DNA from: Actinomycetota bacterium
GTDB lineage: Bacteria; Actinomycetota; Actinomycetes; Nanopelagicales; Nanopelagicaceae
Direction: 5' to 3'
Length of the DNA stretch: 64,000 nt
Assembly (NCBI GenBank): GCA_009701575.1
Contig: WLJX01000005.1
Coordinates: 7,183 to 71,182 of the forward strand
The position numbers and the translations under genes were made by a program. Positions 28,279 to 37,272 of this stretch are shown here, piece after piece (the first letter of the stretch is position 1; every line of letters starts with the position of its first letter). The notes under the pieces were generated by a model. That model saw nothing but the letters and a program-made list of their open reading frames with translations. It was not told the origin of the DNA and made no database searches.

Positions 28279-28350
28279 AATTCACTATTAGTTAAGAATT
28301 AGTGCCATTTCATTATGCATTTCATTTGCAACAGGACTATGGTCGGAAAC

Positions 28351-28485
28351 ATGGCAATTACTCCCCCACGATCAGTACGAATTCCAGATGTACTTTGGAA
28401 AAAAGCGAAGGCGAAAGCGAAGGCGCAACACACGACAGTTACGGCCGTAATCGTGAAATCCCTATACGACTGGATTAATGAGTAA
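28351..28485 (+). CDS. Ribbon-helix-helix (CopG/Arc-like) microprotein, 44 aa, not in the ORF track
   Basis: MAITPPRSVRIPDVLWKKAKAKAKAQHTTVTAVIVKSLYDWINE*: strand RSVRI, helix PDVLW.., TTVTAVI helix; TATGGT 7 nt upstream. Confidence 0.65.
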   Translation: MAITPPRSVRIPDVLWKKAKAKAKAQHTTVTAVIVKSLYDWINE

Positions 28486-28555
28486 TAATTAAGTTTTGAG
28501 CCAGCACTCACCTAGCATGTAGATAGCTCTCAGGGTTTAGGCGTTAAATAGCCTC

Positions 28556-29893
28556 ATGAGTACCCAAACGGTCGGCAAAAGGTCAGGCGCCGATGGGGCA
28601 TCAATAGTTGTAGGACTTGGGTTGGGACTAACCGTTGCAATGTTTGTCGAAACGACAATGCGCGATGATTGGAACTCTTTTTATGCGGGAGTCACATCGG
28701 TATCGCGGATATGTGCGCTTGTAGGTTCTTACTTAGCACTTGTTGGTTTGGTTTTAGTTTCTAGAATTTCTTGGGTTGAAACATCTGTTGGTCATGATCG
28801 ACTTGTTATTTGGCATCGCAAATTGGGGCCGTATTCACTTTACTTAATTACCTTCCACGTTCTCTTTGTTATTTTGGGATATGCCGGTGTGGATCAAGTT
28901 CCATTAGCTGTTGAACTTTGGCGAATGATTCTGCGTTTTCCTTGGATGTTGCCGGCGGTAATTGCATTTGTTTTCTTTGCGATGGCGGGGATTACTTCTT
29001 ATAAGAAGGCGCGAGCCAAGATGTCTTATGAGACTTGGTGGACGATTCATTTATATACATACCTGGCGATTGCCTTGTCATTTATGCACCAAATATTGAC
29101 GGGGCCGATGTTTATCGGGCATCCACTAAATAAGGCGTATTGGGAGTTTCTCTATATTTATGCGGCCGCGATAATTATTATTTGGCGTTTTGTGATTCCG
29201 ACCGGGCGCTCACTTCGACATAACTTAAAGGTTGAGGAAGTTGTTAACGAAGGACCGGGAGTTACTTCGATAATTATGAAGGGGCGAAAGCTCGATGAAT
29301 TAAAGGCCCAAGGCGGGCAGTTCTTTGGGTGGCGCTTTATGCAGGCCGGGCAATGGTGGATTTCACATCCATATTCTTTATCGGCGGCGCCAACAAATAA
29401 ATATATGCGAGTGACCGTTAAGGAACTCGGTGATCATTCAAATATGGTTAAGCATTTAAAGAAGGGCACACGAGTATTTTTCGAGGGGCCATATGGAACT
29501 TTTGTAGCGGCGACAGCGACAAAGGGGCACATTGTTTTAGTTGGTGGTGGAGTTGGAATAACGCCCCTTCGTGCGCTTTTGGAAGAGTTTGATGAATCGA
29601 AGTCAATTGATGTGTTGTTTAGAGCATCGAAGGAAGAAGACTTAGTTCTGCGTAAAGAATTGGATAAATTGGCCGATGCGCGTGGGGCGAGAGTTCATTA
29701 TTTAGTTGGATCACGCAAAGTGCATACGATGGATGCGAAGTACATAAGCCAGTTTGTTCCACGGTTTGCAGATTCTGATGTTTATGTTTGTGGGCCAACG
29801 CCTTTGGTCGAGGCAGTGCGCGAGGCATGTAGGGATGCGGGAATTCCGAAGAATAGATTCCATGATGAGGCTTTTGAATTTCATGCGACATAA
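28556..29893 (+). CDS. Ferric-reductase-like transmembrane protein with FAD- and NAD-binding domains
   Basis: Haem His residues (WHRKLG, FHV, IHLYTY, MHQ), HPYSLS, EGPYG, GGVGITP, YVCGP, HDEAFEF. Confidence 0.88.
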   Translation: MSTQTVGKRSGADGASIVVGLGLGLTVAMFVETTMRDDWNSFYAGVTSVSRICALVGSYLALVGLVLVSRISWVETSVGHDRLVIWHRKLGPYSLYLITFHVLFVILGYAGVDQVPLAVELWRMILRFPWMLPAVIAFVFFAMAGITSYKKARAKMSYETWWTIHLYTYLAIALSFMHQILTGPMFIGHPLNKAYWEFLYIYAAAIIIIWRFVIPTGRSLRHNLKVEEVVNEGPGVTSIIMKGRKLDELKAQGGQFFGWRFMQAGQWWISHPYSLSAAPTNKYMRVTVKELGDHSNMVKHLKKGTRVFFEGPYGTFVAATATKGHIVLVGGGVGITPLRALLEEFDESKSIDVLFRASKEEDLVLRKELDKLADARGARVHYLVGSRKVHTMDAKYISQFVPRFADSDVYVCGPTPLVEAVREACRDAGIPKNRFHDEAFEFHAT

Positions 29894-29911
29894 GTTGATT
29901 AGGGGCAGAAG

Positions 29912-30478
29912 ATGAAACGTGGATTATTAATTGGTGTTGGAACACTTGGTGGGCTTGGTGCGGTATTCGCGATAACGCCACCACAGTTTGGTGATTCCGG
30001 GCCGGTCGGTTTGGCTGCATTGCCGGGCAAGGCTGTGGCTTCTTCTGCGCCTGCTGCGTCGACGCCAAGTAAGGCAGCGAGTGCGCCAACTAAGGCGGCG
30101 AGTGGGCCAACAAAAGCGGCAGCAACAAAAAAGGCGACTCCTGCAAAAACACATAGTGCGGCGCCCGCGCAAACTCAAGCACCTGCAGCATCTGCCGGGG
30201 TTAGTGGAACATTTGATGGAAATACTGCATCGACTCGTTGGGGTCCGGTGCAAGTTCGCATAGTTGTTAAAGATGGAAAAATTGTTGACGCATCGGCATT
30301 GCAATCACCAAGTGGAGATTCGCGATCACGAAGTATTTCGCAACAAGCAATTCCATATTTAGTGCAAGAGACTTTAGCCGCGCAATCAGATCAAATTTCT
30401 GGTGTTGGTGGCGCTTCTTACACTTCAAATGGTTGGTACACATCGCTGCAATCTGCTTTGAAGAAGGCCGGTCTTTAA
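29912..30478 (+). CDS. Extracytoplasmic FMN-binding domain protein (flavinylation substrate)
   Basis: N-terminal anchor, Ala/Pro/Lys linker with PxKAAS repeats, TRWGPVQV, ISGVGGASYTS flavinylation-like motif. Confidence 0.88.
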   Translation: MKRGLLIGVGTLGGLGAVFAITPPQFGDSGPVGLAALPGKAVASSAPAASTPSKAASAPTKAASGPTKAAATKKATPAKTHSAAPAQTQAPAASAGVSGTFDGNTASTRWGPVQVRIVVKDGKIVDASALQSPSGDSRSRSISQQAIPYLVQETLAAQSDQISGVGGASYTSNGWYTSLQSALKKAGL

Positions 30479-30559
30479 GTTACAGAAAGTAGTTTTAAAA
30501 CTTTTCCACAATTAATTTATTTTCTACGTGCAATTTAATTCGCGCAGTATGGTTGCGGC

Positions 30560-31285
30560 ATGAATGCGGGCGAGAAAGATCGGTTAGAAACAATTACAGA
30601 TCTTTTCAAAGAGATGCTTGAAGTCATTGAATTTGAAAAGGAAATTATTAGAAAATCTTTCGTGTTCAACGCTATTCGTGAGAATACAATTTTTCATATT
30701 TCAGAGATTGTCCACAATTACTCAGGAGAGTTTAAAGCCAAACATAAGCAGATCAACTGGCGGGAATTTAGAGAGATTCGAAACAACCTGGCTCACACCT
30801 ACTCACCCGAAGGTTATGAAAAGAGCACTTGGGCTATTGAGGTGTTGATTCCGGAAACCATTGCACTTCTAAGAGCGATTGAAGCAGCGAAGCGTGGAAA
30901 ATCCAGTTCTTTTCTTCGAGTAAAGGCTCTGCGTGGCCCACTTGTTAAATTCTTTGGAACGACAAAAAGAAGTGAGAAGAAGCGTCTCAGGGAGTTGATG
31001 GATATTTCTGGTGAATTGAAGTCCATCTGCTCTAAATATGGGGCGTCGAATATCGCGATCTTCGGCAGTGTTGCAAGGGGAGATGAGAATCCGAAGAGTG
31101 ACGTTGACTTCTTAATAGATATGGATATAAAAACTTCGCTTGGGTTCCGAGATTTATATGATCAGAAGGCAGCGCTTAAGAGTGAGCTTTCTAGAACTTT
31201 GAAGTGCAAAACCGATGTTTGCTTACGCAAAGATTTAAGAACTACGGTTTTGAAGGCTGCCCTGCGGGATGAGGTTTTGATTTAG
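30560..31285 (+). CDS. Fused HEPN (DUF86/HepT-like) RNase and minimal nucleotidyltransferase (MntA-like) protein
   Basis: WREFREIRNNLAHTY (RX4HXY) in the N-terminal half; FGSVARGDENPKSDVD (GSX10DXD) in the C-terminal half; one uninterrupted ORF. Confidence 0.8.
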   Translation: MNAGEKDRLETITDLFKEMLEVIEFEKEIIRKSFVFNAIRENTIFHISEIVHNYSGEFKAKHKQINWREFREIRNNLAHTYSPEGYEKSTWAIEVLIPETIALLRAIEAAKRGKSSSFLRVKALRGPLVKFFGTTKRSEKKRLRELMDISGELKSICSKYGASNIAIFGSVARGDENPKSDVDFLIDMDIKTSLGFRDLYDQKAALKSELSRTLKCKTDVCLRKDLRTTVLKAALRDEVLI

Positions 31286-31294
31286 GGTTAGGCC

Positions 31295-32047
31295 ATGGCC
31301 AAAGAAGTTGTGAAGGTAATGCGTGAGATCCCGGTGTGGGGAACGATTGTATTTATCGAATGTGATGGCCCAGATAAAGATTTGTTAGAAGCCGGGATTG
31401 ATGAGTGCGCGAAATATTTTCGCGAAGTCGATGAAGTTTTCTCGACATACAAGAGTGAATCGCAAGTTTCACGGCTTCGTCGAGGCGAAATAAAAATCGG
31501 TGATTGTTCAATTGATTTGCAAGAAGTTTGGCAATTATGTTTGCAAGCAAAAGAGATTACCGATGGCTCATTTGATCCGTGGTGCGTTGAGGGTGGCTTT
31601 GATCCTTCGGGTTATGTGAAGGGCTGGGCATCGGATGAGGCGATAGCAATTTTGCGTGAACACGGTGCCACGTTTATTCAGGTAAATGGTGCTGGCGATC
31701 TCTCGTTATTTGGTGGGCCGCACAAAATTGGAATCCGCTCACCCGAGGATGCGAAAGTTATTTTGAAAGTATTTGAATTAAATGGTGGCGCAATTGCGAC
31801 TTCAGGAACATATGAACGCGGTTCACATATTCGAGATCCCCACACTGGATTAATCGCTATTGGTGCGAGAAGTGCAACGGTGATTGGCCCAGATGGTGGT
31901 TTGGCCGATGCGTTGGCGACAGCGTTGGTTGTTTCGGGGCGAGATGGGGCGGTCTGGTTTACAAAGGGCGAATTAGCCGAATATTCCGCGTGGGTTATCG
32001 ATAGACATGGCGACGTTGCGTGGTCTGTAGGCTACGGGCATGGCTGA
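31295..32047 (+). CDS. apbE: FAD:protein FMN transferase
   Basis: WGT, FSTYK..S.VSRL, TDGSFDP, DPSGYVKGW, GAGD, ATSGTYERG.HI.DP, ADALATA. Confidence 0.9.
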   Translation: MAKEVVKVMREIPVWGTIVFIECDGPDKDLLEAGIDECAKYFREVDEVFSTYKSESQVSRLRRGEIKIGDCSIDLQEVWQLCLQAKEITDGSFDPWCVEGGFDPSGYVKGWASDEAIAILREHGATFIQVNGAGDLSLFGGPHKIGIRSPEDAKVILKVFELNGGAIATSGTYERGSHIRDPHTGLIAIGARSATVIGPDGGLADALATALVVSGRDGAVWFTKGELAEYSAWVIDRHGDVAWSVGYGHG

Positions 32048-32552
32048 AATTGATGACAAGATAAATGGAACAACGGGCGGATTCACAAGCGCTGGTTTAA
32101 AAACCGAAGAAGAGTTGTTGGTATTGCCCGCCTTTGACGTTGCAGCGGCACTTGAAATCGGACAGATTGCATTTGATCTTGCAACATCACGGGGATTAAA
32201 AGCAGCGATCGAAGTTCGAATTGGTGAATGGACTGTTTTTCACGCTTCATTGCCAGGAACAGATACAACAAATGATTGGTGGATGGGACGCAAGGCTCGC
32301 GTTGTTTTATTGACTGGGCACTCATCAATTCACGAAAGAGTTTTAGCCGAAGAGACAAATATTGATTGGTTTGCAAAGCACGGTGTTGAGGAAGAGCAAT
32401 ATGCAATTCACGGCGGAGGCTTGCCGATAAATGTTAAGGGCAAGGGACTTGCTGGAATCTTGTTGGTAAGTGGGCTGCCTCAGATTCAAGATCATCTGCT
32501 TGGTGTGGAAGTTTTGACTGAATATCTCGCACGTAAAGGTGAGGTCGCTTGA
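32040..32552 (+). CDS. UPF0303 / haem-degrading (GlcG/HbpS-like) domain protein
   Basis: NDWWMGRKARVV...HSS, YAIHGGGLPI, VSGLPQ..DH. Confidence 0.8.
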   Translation: MAEIDDKINGTTGGFTSAGLKTEEELLVLPAFDVAAALEIGQIAFDLATSRGLKAAIEVRIGEWTVFHASLPGTDTTNDWWMGRKARVVLLTGHSSIHERVLAEETNIDWFAKHGVEEEQYAIHGGGLPINVKGKGLAGILLVSGLPQIQDHLLGVEVLTEYLARKGEVA

Positions 32553-33457
32553 GTAAAGAGATCTGGGTTTGTGGGGAAGTACTAATCGATTTAATTCCTC
32601 GCGGCGATAAGAAAGTTGCAATCGTGGGCGGCGGGCCGGCAAATACTGCGAAGGCACTTGCGCTACTTGGCTTCGATTCTTATTTTATCGACGGAATTTC
32701 GAGTGATGCATATGGCCAGAAAGCAAAAGCGGAATTGTTATACGACGGTGTGAATTTAAAGTATGCCCACTTCACAGATAAGCCAACTTGCACAGCCGAT
32801 GTTTCATTGGATGCCGAAGGTGTTGCGTCATATGTTTTTGCGATTGATGGTTCAGCAACATTTGATTTTTCACATGATTGGCTTCCAGATCCACTTGAGA
32901 TAAAGCCAGCGGTATTGCAGATTGGAACACTTGCAACAATCGTGGAACCGGCTGCAGGTATTTTGCATGAGTGGGCGATGAAGGTCGCTGAAGTTGCACC
33001 GATTGTTTTCGATCCAAATGTTCGCTCTTCGGTAATGGGTGATCGCGATAAGTATCAGGCCGCGGTGGCAAAGTGGACCGCTATTTCTGCGGTAATTAAA
33101 GTGAGTGAAGATGATTTGGCTTGGTTGTATCCAGACCGCGATCAATTAGATGTTGCGGCGCAATGGCTTGAAGAGGGTGCGGCGCTTGTGATAATTACAA
33201 AGGGAAGTTATGGCCTTATCGGAATTACCGCACAAGGTTCGGTAAGTGTTCCTGGTGTGAAAGTTGAAGTGGCCGACACTGTTGGTGCGGGCGATACTGT
33301 TGGCGCGATTGTTGTCGAAGCAATTGTGGAACGTGGGCTTGTTAATTTGCATGGCGAAGTTTTGCGTGAAGTATTAACTCGGGCGGCAAAAGCTGCATCG
33401 ATTACCTGTTCTCGTGCTGGTGCAAATCCACCAACTCGCGCAGAGATTGAAGGTTAA
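32549..33457 (+). CDS. PfkB-family carbohydrate kinase (fructokinase-like)
   Basis: GEVLID, GGGPANTA, FDPNVR, KVSEDD, DTVGAGD. Confidence 0.9.
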   Translation: MSKEIWVCGEVLIDLIPRGDKKVAIVGGGPANTAKALALLGFDSYFIDGISSDAYGQKAKAELLYDGVNLKYAHFTDKPTCTADVSLDAEGVASYVFAIDGSATFDFSHDWLPDPLEIKPAVLQIGTLATIVEPAAGILHEWAMKVAEVAPIVFDPNVRSSVMGDRDKYQAAVAKWTAISAVIKVSEDDLAWLYPDRDQLDVAAQWLEEGAALVIITKGSYGLIGITAQGSVSVPGVKVEVADTVGAGDTVGAIVVEAIVERGLVNLHGEVLREVLTRAAKAASITCSRAGANPPTRAEIEG

Positions 33458-33459
33458 GA

Positions 33460-34227
33460 ATGCAACACATCGACGGTTCTGAAATTTCAGTTGGAATTGA
33501 TTTAGATCAAGGTGCGCGCATCGCATCTTTGCAATGGCGCGATCTGCAATTCGTTGTTCCCTTCCGCGGCACACCACTTTCTTGGGGTTGGTATTCAATG
33601 TCACCCTGGGCCGGTCGCGTTCGCGATGGTTTGATGACAGATGCAAAGGGCGTTGAACATACTTTGCCAACAAATTGGTTACCACCACATGCGATACACG
33701 GATACGGATTTGTTTCGTCATGGGAAGAGACCGGTTCTGGTCGTGCGCGTTTGGAATTACCTGCGCCATATAACAATGCGGTTGTTACACAAACAATTGA
33801 AGTTTTGGATGATGCAGTTCGTTGGATTTTGGAATACGAAGCTAATGGTTGCGATTTACCGGCCTGGCTTGGTTTTCATCCATGGTTTCCGCGCGAACTG
33901 GCACGAGGTGGGGAAGCAGTTGTTAATTTCAACGCAGCGAAGATGTTTGAACGAAGTGATGAAGATGGTCTGCCAACTGGGAAAATTGTTAAGCCAAAAG
34001 CTGAACCTTGGGATGATGCGTTTACCGAAGTAATTGGAACGCCATCAGTTGTTTGGGAAGGTGCTGCGCGTTTAGATATTGAATCCGATGCGCCATATTG
34101 GGTTGTTTATACCGAGGACACAGAGGGCGTTTGTATTGAACCAGAGACTGCGCCACCTGATGCCCAGAACCTTGGAATTACTGGCGATCATTATTTAGAA
34201 GCCTTGTTCACATTCTCGGAGGATTAA
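33460..34227 (+). CDS. Aldose 1-epimerase family protein
   Basis: PWAGRVRDG, HAIHG, GFHPWF, WDDAF, VCIEPET. Confidence 0.85.
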   Translation: MQHIDGSEISVGIDLDQGARIASLQWRDLQFVVPFRGTPLSWGWYSMSPWAGRVRDGLMTDAKGVEHTLPTNWLPPHAIHGYGFVSSWEETGSGRARLELPAPYNNAVVTQTIEVLDDAVRWILEYEANGCDLPAWLGFHPWFPRELARGGEAVVNFNAAKMFERSDEDGLPTGKIVKPKAEPWDDAFTEVIGTPSVVWEGAARLDIESDAPYWVVYTEDTEGVCIEPETAPPDAQNLGITGDHYLEALFTFSED

Positions 34228-34228
34228 A

Positions 34229-35587
34229 TTGCACAAAATTGATCGCGAACACCTAAAGAAGTTAAATGCAATTGAAGAGAAGCGATTTTTGGAATTACAT
34301 CCAAAATCTGGTGCGCTCTTTGAAAAAGCTAAAGGTGTTATGCCTGGCGGTGTTCCAATGTCGTGGATGGCTAAATGGCCGGGTGCTTATCCAGTTTTTG
34401 TTGAGAGCGCGACTGGTTCACACTTTACTGATGTTGATGGCAATAAGTATATTGATTTTTGTTTAGGTGACACCGGTTCGATGACCGGACATTCACCAGC
34501 CGCAACTGTCGCCGCGATAACCGAACAGATGAAACACGGTTTTACTTCGATGCTTCCAACCGAGGATTCCGTAATAGTTTCAGCGGAACTAGCGGGCCGA
34601 TTCGGTTTACCTTTATGGCAATTCACTGTGACCGCGACGGATGCGAATCGACACTCAATTCGTTACTGCAGATTGATTACTGGCAAGTCAAAGATAATTG
34701 TTATCGATAAGTGCTATCACGGCAGCGTTGATGAAACTTTTGCAACCTTAGATGCAAGTGGCAACACAATTAAGCGCGAGGGTAATTTAGGTGCGCCAGT
34801 TGATTTAGATCAGACAACGCGGGTAGTTGAATTCAATGATTTAGCTGGAATGGAAGCTGCACTTGTAAAGGGCGATGTTGCCGCAATCTTGATGGAACCG
34901 GCGATGACAAATATCGGAATTGTTTTACCAGAAGCTGGATATTTAAAAGCAGTTGGCGAACTTGCAAAGAAATACGGCGCCGTTTGGATTATCGATGAGA
35001 CCCACACAATTTCTGTTGGTGCTGGTGGAATGACTGCGATGTATGGATTAAAGCCAGATATTTTGACAATCGGAAAAGCAATTGCTGGTGGAATTCCTAC
35101 CGGAACATTTGGAATGACAACAGAGATCGCAGCACGAATTAAAGAGAAGACATCACGCGAAATAATTGATACTGGTGGAATCGGTTCAACCTTGGCTGGA
35201 AATTCAATGAGCCTTGCTGCGATGCGTGCAACGTTAACAAAAGTATTAACGCCTGCTGCATTTCAAAAGATGGTTGCACTAGGAACCAGATGGTCTGATG
35301 GCGTCGATGCCGCGATTAAAGAATTCGATCTGCCTTGGTATTGCTCACGACTTGGGGCGCGCGGTGAATATTTATTTCAAGCAACTGCGCCAAAGACCGG
35401 CAAGGAAGCAGCGGATGCCGGGGACTTTGAATTAGAGCAATACATTCACCTTCGTATGTTGAACGATGGCTTCTTAATTACACCATTTCACAATATGGCA
35501 TTGATGTCACCCGAGACTTCAGAGGCCGATGTTGATGCCCACAGCGTTGCGTTTAGAACAATGTGTGCGGAGTTAGTTAAAGGTTAG
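34229..35587 (+). CDS. Class III PLP aminotransferase (GSA-aminomutase-like, DFCLGDTG subfamily)
   Basis: DVDGNKYIDFCLGDTG, YHG, IIDETHT, TIGKAIAGG, STLAGN. Confidence 0.85.
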   Translation: MHKIDREHLKKLNAIEEKRFLELHPKSGALFEKAKGVMPGGVPMSWMAKWPGAYPVFVESATGSHFTDVDGNKYIDFCLGDTGSMTGHSPAATVAAITEQMKHGFTSMLPTEDSVIVSAELAGRFGLPLWQFTVTATDANRHSIRYCRLITGKSKIIVIDKCYHGSVDETFATLDASGNTIKREGNLGAPVDLDQTTRVVEFNDLAGMEAALVKGDVAAILMEPAMTNIGIVLPEAGYLKAVGELAKKYGAVWIIDETHTISVGAGGMTAMYGLKPDILTIGKAIAGGIPTGTFGMTTEIAARIKEKTSREIIDTGGIGSTLAGNSMSLAAMRATLTKVLTPAAFQKMVALGTRWSDGVDAAIKEFDLPWYCSRLGARGEYLFQATAPKTGKEAADAGDFELEQYIHLRMLNDGFLITPFHNMALMSPETSEADVDAHSVAFRTMCAELVKG

Positions 35588-36057
35588 TTAAAACCTAAGC
35601 CTTGATACATCGCAAGTGCTGGGCCGTTATCGGCATCGACATATAACATCGATTGTTTTAAATTCTTTGCTACCAGGTAATTCAAGCCAGTGATCGTAAG
35701 TGCTTTGCCTAGGCCGCTTTTCTTGTTATCAGGATCAACACCAACTACATAAATTTCACCAATTGGATCTTGATTTACAAAATCGTGGTGAATTTTGGTC
35801 CAACAGAAGCCAACAATCTTCTTGTTAATTGTTGCGATAAAGAAACCTTCGGAATCAAACCAAGGTTCGTTCATTCGATTCTCGAGATCTGCCATTACCC
35901 AATTGCCTTGGTCTGGGTGTTTTTCAAAGATTTTATTATTTAGTGCAAGCCACTCTTCTTTTTGTTGTGAAGGTAGAAAAGATGAGATTTCAAAACCAGT
36001 TGGAATTGAGGGAATTGAATCAAGGAGTGAGCGGTGTAGCTTTAAAATATGGCGCAT
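35584..36057 (-). CDS. mshD: Mycothiol synthase, C-terminal GNAT domain only
   Basis: HPDQGNW, RMNEPWFD, GFCWTKIH, GEIYVVGVDP, LYVDADN..A...Y..LGF; adjacent to glnR as in other actinobacteria. Confidence 0.8.
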   Translation of the reverse strand: MRHILKLHRSLLDSIPSIPTGFEISSFLPSQQKEEWLALNNKIFEKHPDQGNWVMADLENRMNEPWFDSEGFFIATINKKIVGFCWTKIHHDFVNQDPIGEIYVVGVDPDNKKSGLGKALTITGLNYLVAKNLKQSMLYVDADNGPALAMYQGLGFN

Positions 36058-36061
36058 TTAA

Positions 36062-36775
36062 TTAGATGCGTTCGTTAACGGGAGCCTCTTTGCCAGCACT
36101 TGGAAGTGTGAAGCGGTAACCAACGTTGCGAACTGTTCCAACAATTGCTTCGTGTTCTGGACCAAGTTTGGAACGCAGGCGACGGATGTGAACATCGACG
36201 GTGCGAGTTCCACCAAAATAGTCATAGCCCCAAATTTCTTGCAGCAGTTGGGCGCGAGTAAAGACGCGACCAGGATGTTGGGCAAGGAATTTAATTAGCT
36301 CGAACTCTTTAAATGTTAAGTCAAGTGAGCGACCTTTTATCTTTGCAGTGTATGAATTTTCATCGATAACAATTTCACCGGTGCGAATCTCACGAGATGC
36401 GGGATCATTTGCAAAGTTATCGGCTTCGATGCGGCCAACTGCGATACGAATGCGTGCTTCGATTTCAGCAGGGCCGGCGGTATCGAGAATTACGTCGCTG
36501 AATCCCCAATCTGCGTTCATTGCAGAGAGTGCACCTTCAGTTGCGATTGTGATAATTGGACAATCAACACCGATGGATTGCAATAATTTATTTAGCGCTT
36601 TAGCACTTGGCAGATCGCGACGAGCATCTAGAAGTATGCAATCGACTTCCGGAACATCAACAAGGACTGATGCTTCAGCGGGAAGGATACGAACTTGGTG
36701 TTGTAGCAAGGCAAGACTTGGTAACACTTCAGCACTTGCGCCAAGCGTGTTAGTTAGAAGGAGAATTCTCGCCAT
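36062..36775 (-). CDS. glnR: Nitrogen response regulator GlnR (orphan OmpR family)
   Basis: [59 protein letters not shown]. Confidence 0.92.
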   Translation of the reverse strand: MARILLLTNTLGASAEVLPSLALLQHQVRILPAEASVLVDVPEVDCILLDARRDLPSAKALNKLLQSIGVDCPIITIATEGALSAMNADWGFSDVILDTAGPAEIEARIRIAVGRIEADNFANDPASREIRTGEIVIDENSYTAKIKGRSLDLTFKEFELIKFLAQHPGRVFTRAQLLQEIWGYDYFGGTRTVDVHIRRLRSKLGPEHEAIVGTVRNVGYRFTLPSAGKEAPVNERI

Positions 36776-36796
36776 AAGGGGTGCAAGAATACCCAT

Positions 36797-37210
36797 GTGA
36801 ATTCACTGACTCCACTCGTTGTTGTGCTGGTGCTGGCCATTGCATTTGGCGTTTGGTATACCCGCACGCGAGGTGAGTTTCGTAAGAAGAAGACGGTTAA
36901 TGGGCCGAAGCTAGATGCCTCGGTAATCGGTGTTGAACTGGGCGCTCGCGTCACTATGGTGCAGTTCTCCTCTGCCTTCTGCTCGCCATGTCGAGCTACT
37001 AAAGCCTTACTAGAGGACATGGTTAAGACGATGCCTGATGTTCATTATGCCCATATCGATGCCGAGGCGAACCTGGAATTAGTTCGCAAATTGGATGTTC
37101 GATCAACCCCAACCACGCTCTTTTTGAATAGTGAGGGTGTTGAAGTTGGGCGCGCGATGGGGACTCCGAAGCGCTCGCAAGTGTTAGCCGCAGTTAACGC
37201 GATTAGGTAA
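36797..37210 (+). CDS. Membrane-anchored thioredoxin-family protein
   Basis: N-terminal TM; [11 protein letters not shown]; STPT. Confidence 0.85.
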   Translation: MNSLTPLVVVLVLAIAFGVWYTRTRGEFRKKKTVNGPKLDASVIGVELGARVTMVQFSSAFCSPCRATKALLEDMVKTMPDVHYAHIDAEANLELVRKLDVRSTPTTLFLNSEGVEVGRAMGTPKRSQVLAAVNAIR

Positions 37211-37272
37211 TTAAAGTAAGTGCAAATCTTTCGCAATTAGTGTTTTGTGATTTCGTTACTTAGAATTCGTAG

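Noticed and set aside
28200-28330. dif site or oriC in the AT-rich border region
   Set aside because: No XerD-arm match (TTATGT[CT]AA), no DnaA-box cluster and no dnaA; the skew switch appears to lie left of 26.8 kb.
28299-28511. 70-aa minus-strand ORF
   Set aside because: It is the antisense shadow of the RHH microprotein; its AFAFAF run mirrors KAKAKA.
30064-30135. 21-bp tandem repeats in the FMN-binding gene as a mobile or regulatory repeat
   Set aside because: They encode a degenerate PxKAAS linker typical of flexible tethers.
34229-35587. hemL assignment
   Set aside because: Lacks the HemL-specific GVNSPVRAF and SGTEA motifs and haem-synthesis context.
35584-36057. mshD as a frameshifted pseudogene
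   Set aside because: No N-terminal remnant exists upstream (glnR ends 4 nt away) and the catalytic-domain motifs are intact.
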